Shown: in pieces, positions 25,901-38,754 of the stretch | Position numbering within the stretch: the stretch's first letter is position 1 | Layout: each line of letters starts with the position of its first letter | DNA from: Podarcis erhardii | Taxonomy: Eukaryota | Length of the DNA stretch: 64,000 bases | Reading direction: 5' to 3' (one strand) | NCBI GenBank assembly: GCA_964252035.1 | Contig: OZ176200.1 | Notes under the pieces: generated by a model | Database searches by the model: none | Seen by the model: the letters and a program-made list of their open reading frames with translations, nothing else | Told to the model about the DNA's origin: nothing | Position numbers and translations under genes: made by a program

Positions 25901-28900
25901 AGTGTGTGATTTGCCTGTATGGCTTTCAGGTAAGGGCATGCTGGATTGGCATCTTGTTTTCATTTGTGGTAAGCCATAGGGAATAAAAGCACTAATATAA
26001 GGAGGTGGAAGAATGAGGTGAAGCTGGGACTCACTCAGAAAGGAAGGAAGAGGGAATGGGAACTTGTTGGGATGTCCCTAGATCCCTTCCTTAGTGTTGT
26101 GTTGCATTCTGCTCTGCAAAAGTGTGTGCATGTCTCCCCACAGTGGGAAGGGGAGTAACAGTGGGAATGGGGTGCAAAAAGCCCCTGTTAATGTGATTGT
26201 ATCTGAGCCAGCATCCACATATATTACATATGAATTGAATTGAAATTGGATTGAATGGGAATTATTATTTCAATGTATGCTGAAAACGCACAGTGTAGCT
26301 GATTTGTATTAATAGGAATCTGTGCCTTCCCCTGTGCAGGAAAATGAAGCTTTCACTAAGACGCCATGCTACCACTACTTTCACTCACGTTGCCTTGCCA
26401 GTTATACGGAGCATATGGAGGAAGAGATCCGTGCAGAGAGGAAAGAAAGAGTACAGCCTTTGGCACCTCTGCCCAAAGAGGTAATAGCTCCTTGCATGCA
26501 CCCCACAGCTGCTTCTAGAACTTCACCAACTTTTTCCTCCAGGAATGGCTTCTGAATCTGGATCAACATTTCCAGTTCATTTTGGTTATTAGTTATGGCG
26601 TTGAGAGCTGTGGACAGGAGTTTCCCAGATAAATGTTGAAATGGTTTTCCATGGTTCAGTGCTGTGCATACTTTCGCATTTGCAAGTTATTTTGTCTACA
26701 GAGAACAAAATGTTAAGTGATGTATAAAGTCTGGGAATCTAGTTAAAGACCAGAGGAGATGGTCAACATATCTTCCTTTGCTTCAAATACTAAAGAACTG
26801 GGGTTCTGTAGATAAAAGCAATCTTCGCAGCTGTAATGCAAGTGACCAAAAAGTAAACTCACATTATATCTCATTGAACACCTGTGTTGGTGTGTTTCTT
26901 GGTGGAAAAGATTGTGAATGGACTTCAACATACACAAAAAAGCTTTGCCAAGAAACAAAAGTTATCTTCCTCCACTCCCAAACAATAGAACAGTTCTGAG
27001 GGCAGGCTTGCTAGTGGTGAATCTTCACTCTGAGATAATTTTTGCACTAGCTTTGATGCAAGTTGTGATTGCATTAGGAAGGCCCAGTAGCATCTTATAA
27101 AAGAACGCTTTACTGATGGATTTTTATAGGATGAAGTTAACTAAGTTCCCAGGAGGCTTGGATGATGAGCTCAGAATCCAGGCTGCCCCGTGATCCTTGT
27201 AGTCAAACTGCACAGCACTCTTCTGCCAATAACACTGTTGTTGAGTGCTAGAGCTCCCCAGGATGAGTAGCAGTTTATCAGGAAAATATTACTCTCTTAA
27301 GACACACTGGCGGAGTATGAGAACAGTAGCTGTATATCCCATGACTAGGTCTAACCAAGGCCGAATTTTGTTGTTATTACCTTGTGTACAGGAATTTGAA
27401 GTGCAGTGCCCTGTGTGCAGGGAGCCTCTGGTTTATGATCTTGCAACATTGCAAGCAGCACCACCTCCACAGCAGCCAATGGTAAGGAAACTTTAAAAAC
27501 AGACCTTTCACATGGACTTGCTGCTCTTTAAAAGATGCACCAGGCAGGCAGCCTCTTGCTTCACTAATCTCTCTCACTTATTGGACCTGTTGGGCAACCC
27601 CATTTCTCCAAATGAGGTCTGTTAAGTGTTATTTCCAAATAATCATATACCTGGTGCTCTGTACGTCTGTAGGTGGCTATGAGTTCTAACATTCTTGCCA
27701 ATTTTTACTTCTACACCAGGGAGAGGAAATTATTTTCAGCCAGGGAGCTGTCTTCCTTTCTATTCAACCTTCCAGGGGCCACATAGGAATTTTATTGTTT
27801 GTATAGCAGGCTAGTTTCACACCCCTTCTTCATTTAGGCAAAAAGTATTAAGAGAGTGAAACAACAGATATAGTCAACCCATGTCTTTGCTTCCCCGTTA
27901 CACAATAGGTAGTACATTTAGTTGTGTTTAGAAATACCAGCTTAGGTTCTAACTAAGAATCCTCTGGGAGGAGCATGCTGTGACTGGAGTTTACTAATGA
28001 GATGCTCTTGCCTGTGTAAGGAGGTGGGAGGCTGCATTCCCCCCCCCCAGTCTTTCTCTCTGCCTGCCCCCCGGCAGCCCCTTTGCCCATCAGATCTGGA
28101 GGGTTGAGAGACCCAGAAGGCTCTGTTTGGGCCAGTCATCTAATTACATGCCTCTCTTTCTTCAGGAGGTGTACCAACCTGACACACAGACACTGCAGCA
28201 CAGAGAACAACTGCGCCTGATCTATCAGAAGCAGCAGGAGAAAGGAGGCATCATTGACCCTGAAGCAGAAAGAAATCGCTACTTCATCAGCCTGCAAAAG
28301 GTTAGTGCAGGCAGCAGGAGTACTAAGAGGATAATGGTCATAGGGAAAGAATGAAACAATGGAGGTAGCAATTTTTACTTGCTGAGACATCCTGTCTTGT
28401 AGCACAAGAGAGATCTTTCATATTTGTATCCTACGCAATTCTTTTAAAGTGCTGATGACACTTGTTGCTGGCAAGTTTGCAAGTTACTATAGGTAAAGAT
28501 TTAAGCAGCAAAGGCTGGGGAAGACAGATGGGGCGACATCGATATATTAATTCCTGTGGGATCTTTGCCACTCAGACTGAGAATCAAGCCTGCTGGGTTT
28601 ATGCATTTTCTGCCCTTCATTTTGGTTTCTATCCTTTTTAGCCCCCAGATACCACTGAACATGAACAAGTAGCCATCTCAGAAAATGTTCTGGATACTGA
28701 CAAGGAACTGAGGTCATCAGTAAGCTCAGAACATACCCAAGGAACTGCAGAGGCTGCTGTTCCAGTGAGGAATGAACCTGAAAAACCAGAGAGACCACCT
28801 GTCCCTTTGCATTTCCATAGCAAGAGAGAGAGGACTCGAGAGGAGAAACCATCTATACAAGGCCCTAGCTGGCAGCTGCGCTACAAGTCACTGGAGACAC

Positions 28901-29382
28901 CAGCAGAAACTCATTGTCTTCTCACTGTTGAGGGAAAATCCAGAACCTTCAGTAGAAGACCCAACTGGAGAAAGGAGAGGGGACAGCGAAGCTGTGGGAG
29001 GTACAATCAAGACTTCTCAAAATCTTGCAGCAGAGACCAAGTGTCTTCACTGGTGGAGAAAAAAGAGCTGCGCACCAGAGGAATCTCACCAACCAAAGAG
29101 GGAATGTATTTGAGAGAGGAGAAAAATGTTGTGGGGAAATGGACGCAGGAGCAGAAAAGTCAAGCCCATGACAGTGAGGAAGTAAACTTGGAGGTTAGCC
29201 ACAATGAGCTCAGGGGGTCGGCCAAGTGGCAGGGTCACCGTGGGATGCAGGATTGTAGGCAGTGGGAAAAGACCAAGGGCAGAGAACATGGATCTTATAT
29301 TAAAGTGCCAAGAGGCCGAGGACGCACCACATTGAACTCAAGGAGAGAGCTGCAGAGCCAAGAGACTGAGGATGGCTCCTAG
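22598..29382 (+). CDS. RNF25: E3 ubiquitin ligase RNF25 (RWD + RING-H2), 10 exons, 514 aa
   Basis: Exons 22598-22647, 24162-24236, 24661-24763, 24857-24924, 25687-25756, 25858-25929, 26340-26480, 27392-27481, 28166-28300, 28642-29382. All GT-AG, total 1545 nt. LPSEVEVLESIYLDEL (RWD), CVICLYGF…PCYHYFH..C…CPVCR (RING), C-terminus EDGS*. Confidence 0.93.
23599..23665 (-). mobile_element. CR1 LINE extreme 3' end
   Basis: agaatcatagaatcatagagttggaag…: reverse complement of the (ATTCTATG)n tail. Confidence 0.75.
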
Positions 29383-29585
29383 CAGGCAGGAGTTGAGGGG
29401 CTTTTTCTAGGGATGAACACTGGTGATTTTGTTGTGCTGTCAACCATTGGCCTTGATTGTACGGAAAAGCAGATCTGTCTTGAAATTCTCCTCTCGGCCA
29501 TGGGTGGTTTATGTCTTGCAGAGTAGGGGTATATTGTCCTCAGAGATCAGAATTACTGTCTGTGGACTGTAGTAAATAACTGGAT

Positions 29586-29591
29586 AATAAA
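29586..29591 (+). terminator. Candidate RNF25 polyadenylation signal
   Basis: AATAAA about 200 nt after the stop codon. Confidence 0.4.
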
Positions 29592-32500
29592 TGGTAGCCA
29601 AATGCTATTGCCCATGGGTAAACTGTAGGATCTTACAGTGAATCAGGGCTGTGTAGAGGACTGTTTGAGGCTGAATCACTGAACTAAAAGCCAAGCTTGA
29701 AAAATAACTATTAAGTAACCCTGTTCTAAAATAGGTGCTAAAAATAGAAGGACCATAAGGGAGTACAGGTCTCCTTGTTTACTGTCCAGAACTATGGAGA
29801 GGACTTGCCATTAATAGTGTCACTATCTTTAGACATGCCTTATTGATGTTATTGGCATATGTGAAAAGAGTGGACTTGAATCAGCATTGACTTGGCGGCT
29901 GTTGACCACAGAGGATTCTTTAAGCCCCCCAACTGTGGCCAGACTGAATGTTGGAGTCTCCCACTGCCTCATTGTAATTGGCTAATGTTCAGTAGTGATT
30001 GACCTTGAACTGCAAACATCAAACATGCCTATTCTAAAGGGCCTTTAAATTATAATAAGTCCAACTCCTTACTCACCCAGTAGTTGGATTTGGAGCTAGT
30101 ATTGGCAACAAAGGCTTCAGCTCCAGGTACACCAAGGCTCTTGTCTTTGCCTGTTTTCACAAATGTGATATCCTGCAATGGTTTACTAACTGTAATCCTG
30201 TCTAGAGTTCATGTGACTTATGTTTTGGGTCTTATCATCTTTGATTCGAGCCAAATTTGGTTTTGTTGGGGTGAGAAGTCTCTCATGCTCAACTGGCTTT
30301 CCCCTCCTAACCTTATGGCTTTGTGTATGTGCATTCACCCACACACCATTCAAGAACAGCTCTACTCTCCATTTGGGAGGGTAATACCAATGTACCTACC
30401 TATTTTTAGGCTACACAGTCCCTGTCATCTCCCTCAGCAAAATGCAGCCTTGTCTTCATGGGTATTTCTGCTCAGAGGAGGAATCTGTAGTAATATGGAG
30501 TACATGTGGCCACTATGCAAACATTTTGAACAGACTTTCCTCCACTTGTATTTCTATTTTGTCACATATTTATGGCCTTCCTCCCCCCACAACAAATTTT
30601 ACCCTAGGCTGTGTGAAAGTTCCCAAGCTGCTTAAATTCCTTATATGTCTGCAAAATGTCCCCCTACCCCTCCCCAAGTGAAGCTTTGCCAGACTTCATA
30701 ATTTTCCTTTTCTGCTTAGCCACAGTAACATTGTAGATGTGTGACAACTTTACAGAGCACAGTGGCCAAAATGACCTTACAATAGAAGTGTGACTGATTT
30801 TAAACCAGTTCATTCTAGAGGCTAAAGGATGTCATTACTTATTTGCATGCATGCACATATACCAGTTTGAGCAGTTCTGCCTGTTAAAAGGATTGATGTG
30901 AGATTGATTTACCTCCCTGCACTGTGGTGAGGTGGAATTTGTGGTGATGTGATGCAAAACAGGAGTATTAAAAGCAATTTGAGTAAACCAATCTATGATT
31001 CTCTTTCGTGGATAAAGAACATAGCTGCTGTGCTGCATGTGATGAGACCATTCAACATTAGAAACCATCTAAAAAGAGGCAGGGAGGTAATAACCTATGA
31101 CCCATGTAGTTTAGCTAAAATGAGGAACCTTTTGATTATAAATGACAAACAATCGTGTTCTAATCTGGACATCTTTCTGTTGGATTCACATTTTCTTTTT
31201 CTTTTCTTTTCTTTTGTAAACTATTCTTCTAAGGAGAAAGGCTGCTTCATTTTGCACCACTTGAAACTTCTGAACAATAATGAATGGTAGCCTACATAGA
31301 ATATAAAACATGGGTAACACAGTATCTAGATCCTGATTGGCTTTTCTGGACAAGGTTATAATACTGACATAGGTCCAGGTCCAGGAATACCTAAAAGCTA
31401 TACATCTTAGGGACTTGGGTCATAAAAACTGACCCAAAGGGGCTAATTGGTGAGCAAAGTGCATATAGCTCCTGTAAGTGTGCATGAGTTAAAAAAAAAA
31501 AAAAAAGAAGGTAAGAGCTGGATGACAGGCTACTTTATTAGAGTACACAAACTGTTCATTTGAGCTTGGATGGATTATTTCAGATTACCTGTTAAACTGA
31601 GCAGTCTTCCTGATTTGCTTGAACCAAACGTGCAGATATACAATGTCTGACTCTGCCCTATTGAGCAGCCATCTTGACCTGAAGGGAGGTTATACAATGA
31701 TGAACACTCATCCTGATGTGTGGAGGTTATATATATTTCCATCTATATATATTTCCATCTTTTATACCACACATTTTCATGCAATTCCCAAATTGCAAAG
31801 AGTCTGGTTTTTAAAAGTGGATTTTGTTGCAGCAAAGCACTTATTCCACTTGAATTGTATAGACTTATTTTTCTGATATGCAACTGAATTCCTTCGAAAT
31901 GTGTAATGGGAGGGTGCCATGTGAGAGGTATGGCAGAAGAGAGAGATGAACGTGCTCAAAACTGGAACAGGAGCCAAACATTAGACAAGTAGGAAGGGAT
32001 GAGGCTGGGAAATAAAGGGACAAGAAGAGCAAAGGAGTGAGGGTACCATTTTGTGGGACTGAAGGTGAACAAAATACTGTTTGCCCCATTTGTTCTCTAG
32101 GACTGTTGAGATCCTTAAAAAATATCCATCACTATTAATAAGTGTTTGATTATAGGGCATACACAGCGTACTCATGGAGGAAACAGCTGCTGCTTTTTTT
32201 TTTCATTCTGACATCCTTGGTGAATGGCTGTGCCTTCTTTGAGTAGGTCTCAAGGCTTCTGGATCTGTGCTGTTGATCACATCCTCTGCTTGACACTTTC
32301 CCCTTCTATTGTTTTGCTGTCTCCTGATAGTTCTGCCTTCCTTTTTACCAACTGCTCTCGATCCTTTGAGGACTCTCTCCCTCATTTCATAAACCCACCC
32401 CATTTTCTTCCATCATGTCCACATCCAGCAATTTCTTTTATAAAATCTCTGAAGTGCAGGATCTTTTTCTTCTTGAACCTTCCTAGTCTTTCCCATGCTT

Positions 32501-32872
32501 TCGCCTGTTTGTCTGTGATATATTAGAGTTACTGTCCCACCCTGGGTTAAAACTAATACCTCAAGTATCTTCTCTCTCCACCCCCCCCCCCAATGTATGA
32601 AAGAACAATTCCCCCTTTCCATGTTTTGCTGTTGTAACATTGGCAAGAAGAGCAAGTGCTGTTTCACACCTGGGTGTTGCTATAAATAGAAGTGGAACCA
32701 CCCGCCTCAAGGAGAACACTCAATGGCACTAACAGTACGTCCTAACCCAGCCTGCATGGAGAACCTCATTGTAACCATTAACTCAGATCAAACAGACTTG
32801 GGAATCGTTAGAGATCTGGCAGTGCTGTTTACGGCATACGTAGCTTACTGCGCGCACACACATATATATGTG

Positions 32873-32963
32873 GTTGTTTGTTGTTGTTTAGTTGTTTAGT
32901 AGTGTCTGACTCTTCGTCACCCCATGGACCAGAGCACGCCAGGCACTCCTGTCTTCCACTGCC
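32873..32963 (-). mobile_element. RTE/BovB LINE 3' end
   Basis: Reverse complement reads ggaagacaggagtgcctggcgtgctctggtccatgggg…gaagagtcagacac…(aac)n tail. Confidence 0.8.
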
Positions 32964-33008
32964 TAAACTCGACACAAGTATTTCCAAGGTGGGAAGAATG
33001 AGTGTGTA

Positions 33009-33338
33009 CAGTGGTGCCCCACAAGACGAACGCCTCGCAAGACGGAAAACCCGCTAGACGAAAGGGTTTTCCGTTTTGGAGGCGCTTCGCAAAACGAATT
33101 TCCCTATGGGCTTGCTTCGCAAGACAAAAATGTCTTGCGAGTTCCTGCGGGGTTTTTTTCCCTTCCCCCCCCCTTTTCCTAAGCCCTAAGCCGCTTATCA
33201 GCTGATCCGCTAAAAGCCGCTAAACCGCTAATAGCACTAATCCGCTAAGCTGTCAATGGGCTTGCTTCACAAGACGAAAAAACCGCTATACGAAGAGCGT
33301 CACGGAACGGATTAATTTCGTCTTGCGAGGCACCACTG
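33009..33338. mobile_element. Tc1/mariner-superfamily (Tigger/pogo-like) MITE
   Basis: 22-bp TIRs cagtggtgcc(c/t)c(a/g)caagacgaa (2 mismatches), TA on both flanks, no ORF. Confidence 0.88.
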
Positions 33339-34592
33339 TACATTGATGTTTGGGTGATGGGCACCATTTTGAATGAAAATAGTGAACCAAGACATTATTT
33401 TGGTGTTACTTTGCCCATTTTTGGCACAGGTTCAGTCATCTGTCGAGATCATAACGAAACATTGCACAAGGGTTCCCAAGATGGGGGCAGCAATCTTTGG
33501 CAATGTTTGGATGCTGGATGCCAAGCCTGTGCAGAGCTTGTCTGAGACCCATGGCAGAAGTCCCCTGTTGACTGAGAGGAATGGGGTATTATTGGCATGA
33601 CAGTCCAGCAAACCCCTGCCCCGTCCCCCAGCTGGCTTAGCCCTCTGAGGCCCGGGGCAGGTATGCCTGGCTCCCCCCACTCTACAAAGGCTTCCTGGTC
33701 ACCATCTTGAATCATGATGGCAGACCAAAACATGACTTTGGCATGAATTCACCCAATTTTTGGTGTGACATGTCTAAACTCACAAATTACACTAGCTGTT
33801 TAAAAATAACAACAACAACAGGTTCCTAAAAATTCCCAGGCAGTGCCAGGCACCCCCTGCTAATAAAAGTGGGGGAACCATCTTAGTGATATTTTATATT
33901 AAATCCTGATGGGATTCTGATGCTGATGTACTGGGGATGCTGTGAAAATTATTCCGTGCATGAATGAGGAACACTTACCTGTGATTCCTGCATAGCAGGG
34001 GTGGAATAAATGAGCTTTGGAATCCCTTCCAAGTCTACAATTCTACGATCCCACAATAAACACCCATCTGGAAGCACCCCAAAAGCCCAAGACGTACGAG
34101 AAAACAAATGATTATTTCCCTTTGGCTTTGACACATCAAACAGGGTTTTAAATGCAATAATTCCTACTTGGAAATAATTTATACAGTGGTATAAAGAGGC
34201 ATGACATGGGTCTGGAGATTCTTGCATTTCATTCAATATTGTGAAACAATGTTTTTGTTCAGAAATCACATGAGACGCAACCAGAACTTAGTACTAAAGT
34301 GAGTTACTTAAGCTGCATATATACCTTTAAAGCATATTCTGCTTCTGGGCACTGTCCTTTACTCCTTGCAGAGTTACGATTCCCAGCAACCCTTAAAAAA
34401 CTGCAGTATCTAGAATTCTTTGACGGAAAGAATGTACTTTGAATATAAAAGTGTAGTGGATATACTCCAGTGGGAAGGGAAGGGGAGGAGAGTAGAGTGT
34501 GAAGGGATCGTGGTTTAGCACCAGCAAGCGTAGATTGAAAGGAGTGGATTGAGGCTGTAGGAGAGCAATCAGCTCATAGGCCAAACAAACTA

Positions 34593-34834
34593 CAGTGGTA
34601 CCTCAGGTTAAGTATTTAATTCGTTCCAGAGGTCCATACTTAACCTGAAACTGTTCTTAACCTGAAACACCACTTTAGCTAAGGGAGCCTCCCGCTGCCG
34701 CTGCGCCGCCGGAGCACGATTTCTGTTCTCATCCTGAAGCAAAGTTCTTAACCTGAAGCACTATTTCTGGGTTAGCGGAGTCTGTAACCTGAAGTGTATG
34801 TAACCTGAAGCGTATGTAACCTGAGGTACCATTG
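34593..34834. mobile_element. Tc1/mariner-superfamily MITE
   Basis: TIR cagtggtacctcaggtta / taacctgaggtaccattg; left flank TA; internal taacctgaa repeats. Confidence 0.85.
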
Positions 34835-35861
34835 CAGAAGCTTTATTCTTTCAAATGGTAACTACCTAGACTCAGTACAATCTGTTGGAAGAGACTTTGC
34901 CCAAAAAACACAATGTAGAAGGCTCAGTCTAGTGCTGAATGGGGAGCATTTGCTGGCTAAAGGATGTGGTGGGGAGGTTGCTGTTCTCAGGAAACTATCC
35001 TGACCTTAGTTGACTATCAGGTTATGAGAATCAAGCGATGAAGCATCCCATTTGCCTTTCTGCATCCATCATCCCAGGTTGCTGCAGATCAGATCATCTT
35101 CCACGATGGACCAATAGCAAGTGATGACGAAAACAATAAATGTATCTGCAGCATAGAGCTCCCCGACACTACTTTTCCTTCACATCTGATGGTTATCCTG
35201 GAAAATGCTTATAAGAACCTGAGTACTATTTATGAAGAAGAAGCGAGCAAGGTAAGGGGGCACACTTCGGCACATAGACAGCATGCCAAATATTTATTCC
35301 CTGCCTTGAATCACTAATGCTGTCTAGTTCTGACTGTTTCCAGCAGCTGAACAATATAACACAACACAATCAGTGACTACAGTATCATATGAGCACTGAT
35401 CCAGAGCATATTTTCTACAGTGTTTATATTTGCTTACATGTAAGATTGGCTTGTTAAGAAATTGAACTGCATCCCTCTCATATTATTTCTTACAAGTCTG
35501 GCTGATGAAGAATTGATCAAGATTGGCTGATGAAGCATTGAACGAAACAGATTGGTTATCCGGAAACTCTGTTCTGGAGATATTTGGTGACTTTTGAATT
35601 ATTCTACCGCGACTGGTGAAGAAGATTTAGAGACTTTGGTTGCAATTTCTGATCATTTGTATTAGTCTATAAATAGTGTTTAGTGCCATTGTTATTGGCC
35701 ATCATGCTGTGTTATATTGTTCAGCTTGTCTATATTGCAACACAAGGGTCTGTTTACGGATTACTGTTCCCAGCAGCTGGCAACACTACACAGGGGAATT
35801 GTACTGGGGGGGGGGCGTGTGTGTGTGACAGAATGTGGCTCACAGATCTTTCAAGGCATGT

Positions 35862-35862
<1 letters not shown>

Positions 35863-35892
<30 letters not shown>

Positions 35893-36178
35893 AAGAAGAA
35901 GAAGAAGAAGAAGGGGAAGAAGAAGAGGAGGAGGAGTTTGGATTTGATATCCCGCCTTTCACTCCCTTTAAGGAGTCTCAAAGCGGCTAACATTCTCCTT
36001 TCCCTTCCTCCCCCACAACAAACACTCTGTGAGGTGAGTGGGGCTGAGAGACTTCAAAGAAGTGTGACTGGCCCATAGTCACCCAGCAGCTGCATGTGGA
36101 GGAGCGGAGATGCGAACCCGGTTCCCCAGATTACGAGACTACCGCTCTTAACCACTATACCACACTGGCTCTCTAACC
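35863..36178 (-). mobile_element. Squam3-like tRNA-derived SINE with expanded (TTC)n tail
   Basis: Reverse complement ggttagagagccagtgtggtatagtggttaagagc…; same family as 47045-47287; tail appears as (AAG)n at 35863-35935. Confidence 0.9.
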
Positions 36179-38118
36179 CTTCCTCCAAAGCACTGTTACT
36201 GGATAGCCCTGGTAAAATAGTCCACCACCACCCACTATAAACTAAATTTGTCAGTCACAGAAGTGCTCTGAGTTCTCCCATCTCCACACCCCAATGTTTG
36301 TGAAAGTGCAAAGTTGAAGTCTACTCATTGTCTGGATACACCTTCAAAACTGAGTGATAAAAGAATGGTTGTTCCAGAGAAAAGGACAAGCATGGAAGCA
36401 ACAATTGTAATGAAATGGTTGTTCATGATTTGTGGAAAGATGTTTTCAGTATCCTGCTAAGTGTGTGTCCTGCAAATTTCTCTAGGCTATGAAACTCCAG
36501 ACAGACTTGGTATCATTTAATGGTACCTTGGATAAATTAACCGCAACAGTGTGTCAGGTTGAAATGGAAGGTATCAAGGATGAAGAAACTTATCAAGACC
36601 TCCTAGAAAAAATTAATCATACAAAGCAATGGGCTCGGGATCTGACTACATAATGCTCTAAGTGCAACTGATGCGGGCATTACATCTTTAACCAAACAGG
36701 TAGGTACAAAATGTTTGGGAGCACAGCAGTTTGAATTGTGCTTGCACATTGTACTGAATACACCAAGAGTGGTGCTCCTGTTTGAGAGGATTCAAACCTG
36801 CTTTAGAAAGGGCATTTGGGGGACTGTTTGGGGCTCTTCAAGGAAACTTTTAAAATATTTCTGTGCAATGCTGAGTCCTCCATGGCTAGAGAGCTGCTTC
36901 AGGGAGCAGGAAAACATGGGATGAGAATTTTGCCTATTTTAATGCTTACCACTAGCATAAAGTCTCAAAAGAGCTTATTCCTTCCTTACCTTGTTATTTT
37001 TTTTAAAAAAACAGACACTTTCAACATTCCATGACTCATGGACCTAATTAAGAATGTTGTGAGCAAAGGCAAAAACCTCTGCTCCAAGGCATGTAAGATG
37101 GAGCCAAGCATCATTTTCATCAGGGATTTGGGGACTGGCAGTCCTACTAACTTAGTAGCACTAAGCCCATCCCTGAGCCAAAGGATGCTCTGCCAAGGCT
37201 CTTTGAGCACATGCTGCCACAACCACTATCCTCTTTCCTGGCCTCAAAGGTGATTTCTTAGCAATTGAGGACAGGGATGTGAGGAGGGAGGCTGTGCAGA
37301 ACACAAGTGCCTTCAAGCCTTTTGCAAGTGCTTGCACTGACTTCTTGCAGAAAGCTTAAGCTCACAAAACTGCAATCCTTTGGAATTCAAACAGTGAGAT
37401 ATTCATGCATCCCTAAACGTAATGACTAGATGCACCTAAGTCCTGTTCAAATGTTCTTCAAAAGTGGGTGAGAATAGCACATGGAGGGGAGGGGAGTTGA
37501 GTTGGGGCCATGCACTCACATCTCCATCCACAGCATCCCCACTGCCCCTCCTCTGACATACACACATTGAACGAGGAGGTCTGGAAAGGGGACCTCAGTG
37601 GCTGAGCATATTGTAGATCCTCCCTGCAATTGGAAAACCAGTACTAGCAGGTTTCCTGATCTCAAGGAGGATTCTAAGGGCATTCCCTTAGGCAACATCC
37701 ACACCATACATTTGAAGCACATGGCTTCCCCCAGAGAATCCTAGGAAATGTGTTTTGTGAAAGGTGCTGGGAACTGTAGCTCTGGGAGGTGTAAACTACA
37801 GTTCCCAGGACACTAACTGCCCAATTTCTGGTTGAAGTCAGAACTGGGCCTCTGGTTGATCTCCTTGATGGGCTGAGATATAATGGCTCAGGCAGGCCTT
37901 AAGATATCCTGGACCCAAGTTGTTCAGGGTTTTGAATTTTTCTGAAAACTGCAGGTTCTTTTCACACATAGTACATCTTTATTGTAAGATGCTTAGCTGG
38001 GGGGTAGGATTTGAGAAATAAAGGCATACCCCCTTAGCACTTCTGAGATATTTCCCAGTCATTCAGAAGCCTTGGAGAAGATTCAGCTATTAAGAACAAT
38101 CAGTCAATGTCTCTGGGT

Positions 38119-38240
38119 CATAGAATTATAGAGTTGGAAGGGACCGCAAAAGTCATTTAGTCCAACTTCCTGTAATGCAGGATCTTTTTGCCCAATGTGG
38201 GGCTTGAACTCATGTCCCAGAGATTAAGAGTCTCATGCTC
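38119..38240 (-). mobile_element. tRNA-Lys-derived head fused to a CR1 3' tail (SINE-like chimera, 5'-truncated)
   Basis: Reverse complement of 38190-38240 matches the 3' two-thirds of vertebrate tRNA-Lys(CTT) at about 45/51 (from memory); 38119-38189 is a CR1 3' end. Confidence 0.7.
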
Positions 38241-38274
38241 AATCCATATAATAACAAGAGAGGTAATTGGTTAC

Positions 38275-38277
<3 letters not shown>

Positions 38278-38336
<59 letters not shown>

Positions 38337-38345
38337 TGTTTGTGC
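38278..38345. repeat. Compound (CT)n(GT)n microsatellite
   Basis: Directly visible. Confidence 0.95.
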
Positions 38346-38754
38346 ATGCTTTAGCCTTTCTCATTCAATCACTCATGAAGCTGTCAAACACATCTACTAC
38401 CACAACACACAGGGAGACGCTGCAATAGAAAATTGCTTGGGGCTGTTCAATTAAACATGTGCTAATATGTTTCAGGTCTCCAATGTCTCCAGTATTGTGT
38501 GGGAACTAGAAAAGTTTGACGAGAACAATGTGTTGTTGACACATAGGGAAATAGCCACTCTCAAGAAACAACTGGCCGATTGCGAAGACTGTTACAAATC
38601 CCAATTCTAGCCTCTCTCCCTCTGGAAACGGGACTCCAGAGTTTGGTGAGTCCTACCGTGTGATTGTGGGCTGGAACTTCTCCTTACATTGGTTTGTCTA
38701 TAAGCTACATTATCATCACCATCATTATCATCACCATTATCACCGTCACCAGAA

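Noticed and set aside
30084-30635. 183-aa ORF downstream of RNF25
   Set aside because: TTG start, no recognisable homology and no supporting splice structure.
35683-36078. Poly-Lys / poly-Arg / poly-Phe ORFs
   Set aside because: Translations of the (AAG)n SINE tail.
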